From a virus (taxonomy: Duplodnaviria; Caudoviricetes): a stretch of 25,895 nt of DNA. Each line of letters opens with the position of its first letter. Position 1 is the stretch's first letter. The notes beneath the pieces were generated by a model. It was not told the DNA's origin. It saw nothing but the letters and a program-made list of their open reading frames with translations, and made no database searches. Shown in pieces: positions 25,834 to 25,895 of this stretch. The position numbers were made by a program, and so were the translations under genes. Location: the IMG/VR virus record IMGVR_UViG_3300045457_000134, positions 1 to 25,895 of that record; one strand, written 5' to 3'.

Positions 25834-25895
25834 ATGGCCAACAGTTATAAGAACATTGTAATCACACCAAACACAGGATCAACTACTGGGGATCC
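25834..25895 (+). CDS. 5' fragment of the next late gene (MANSYKNIVITPNTGSTTGD...), possibly another fibre protein
   Basis: Late promoter, AGGAA RBS and ATG. The frame is open to the window end. Confidence 0.7.
   Translation, partial: MANSYKNIVITPNTGSTTGD

Overview
A 25.9 kb, entirely plus-strand, AT-rich late (virion morphogenesis) region of a large T4-like myovirus. Gene order resembles the cyanophage/alphaproteobacterial T4-like phages: a Gly/Met-rich unknown ORF, a gp5-like beta-helix spike lacking OB-fold and lysozyme domains, gp25, gp6, gp7, gp8 and a 2113 aa VrlC/DUF4815-like protein. An accessory fibre/receptor-binding cluster follows. It holds an S74-chaperoned hendecad fibre with a Gly-rich gp38-like adhesin and a likely assembly protein, small adaptors, two fibres with T4 gp37-like N-termini, three paralogous LamG/ConA lectin genes, and a 55 aa Cys-rich ORF missed by the ORF track. 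T4-type late promoter motifs (TATAAATA/CATAAATA) and many stop/start overlaps are present. I saw no RNA genes, CRISPR array, mobile element or DGR. Best leads: (1) a possible plug-and-socket fibre chain in which C-terminal [D/N]GG[S/T]F motifs precede gp37-like N-termini, and one protein carries both ends; (2) pervasive [A/S/G]-Asn motifs in virion proteins, possibly modification (glycosylation) sites; (3) low-complexity fibre segments conserved in protein but recoded at synonymous sites. Family assignments come from recalled motifs, not database searches, and counts are manual.
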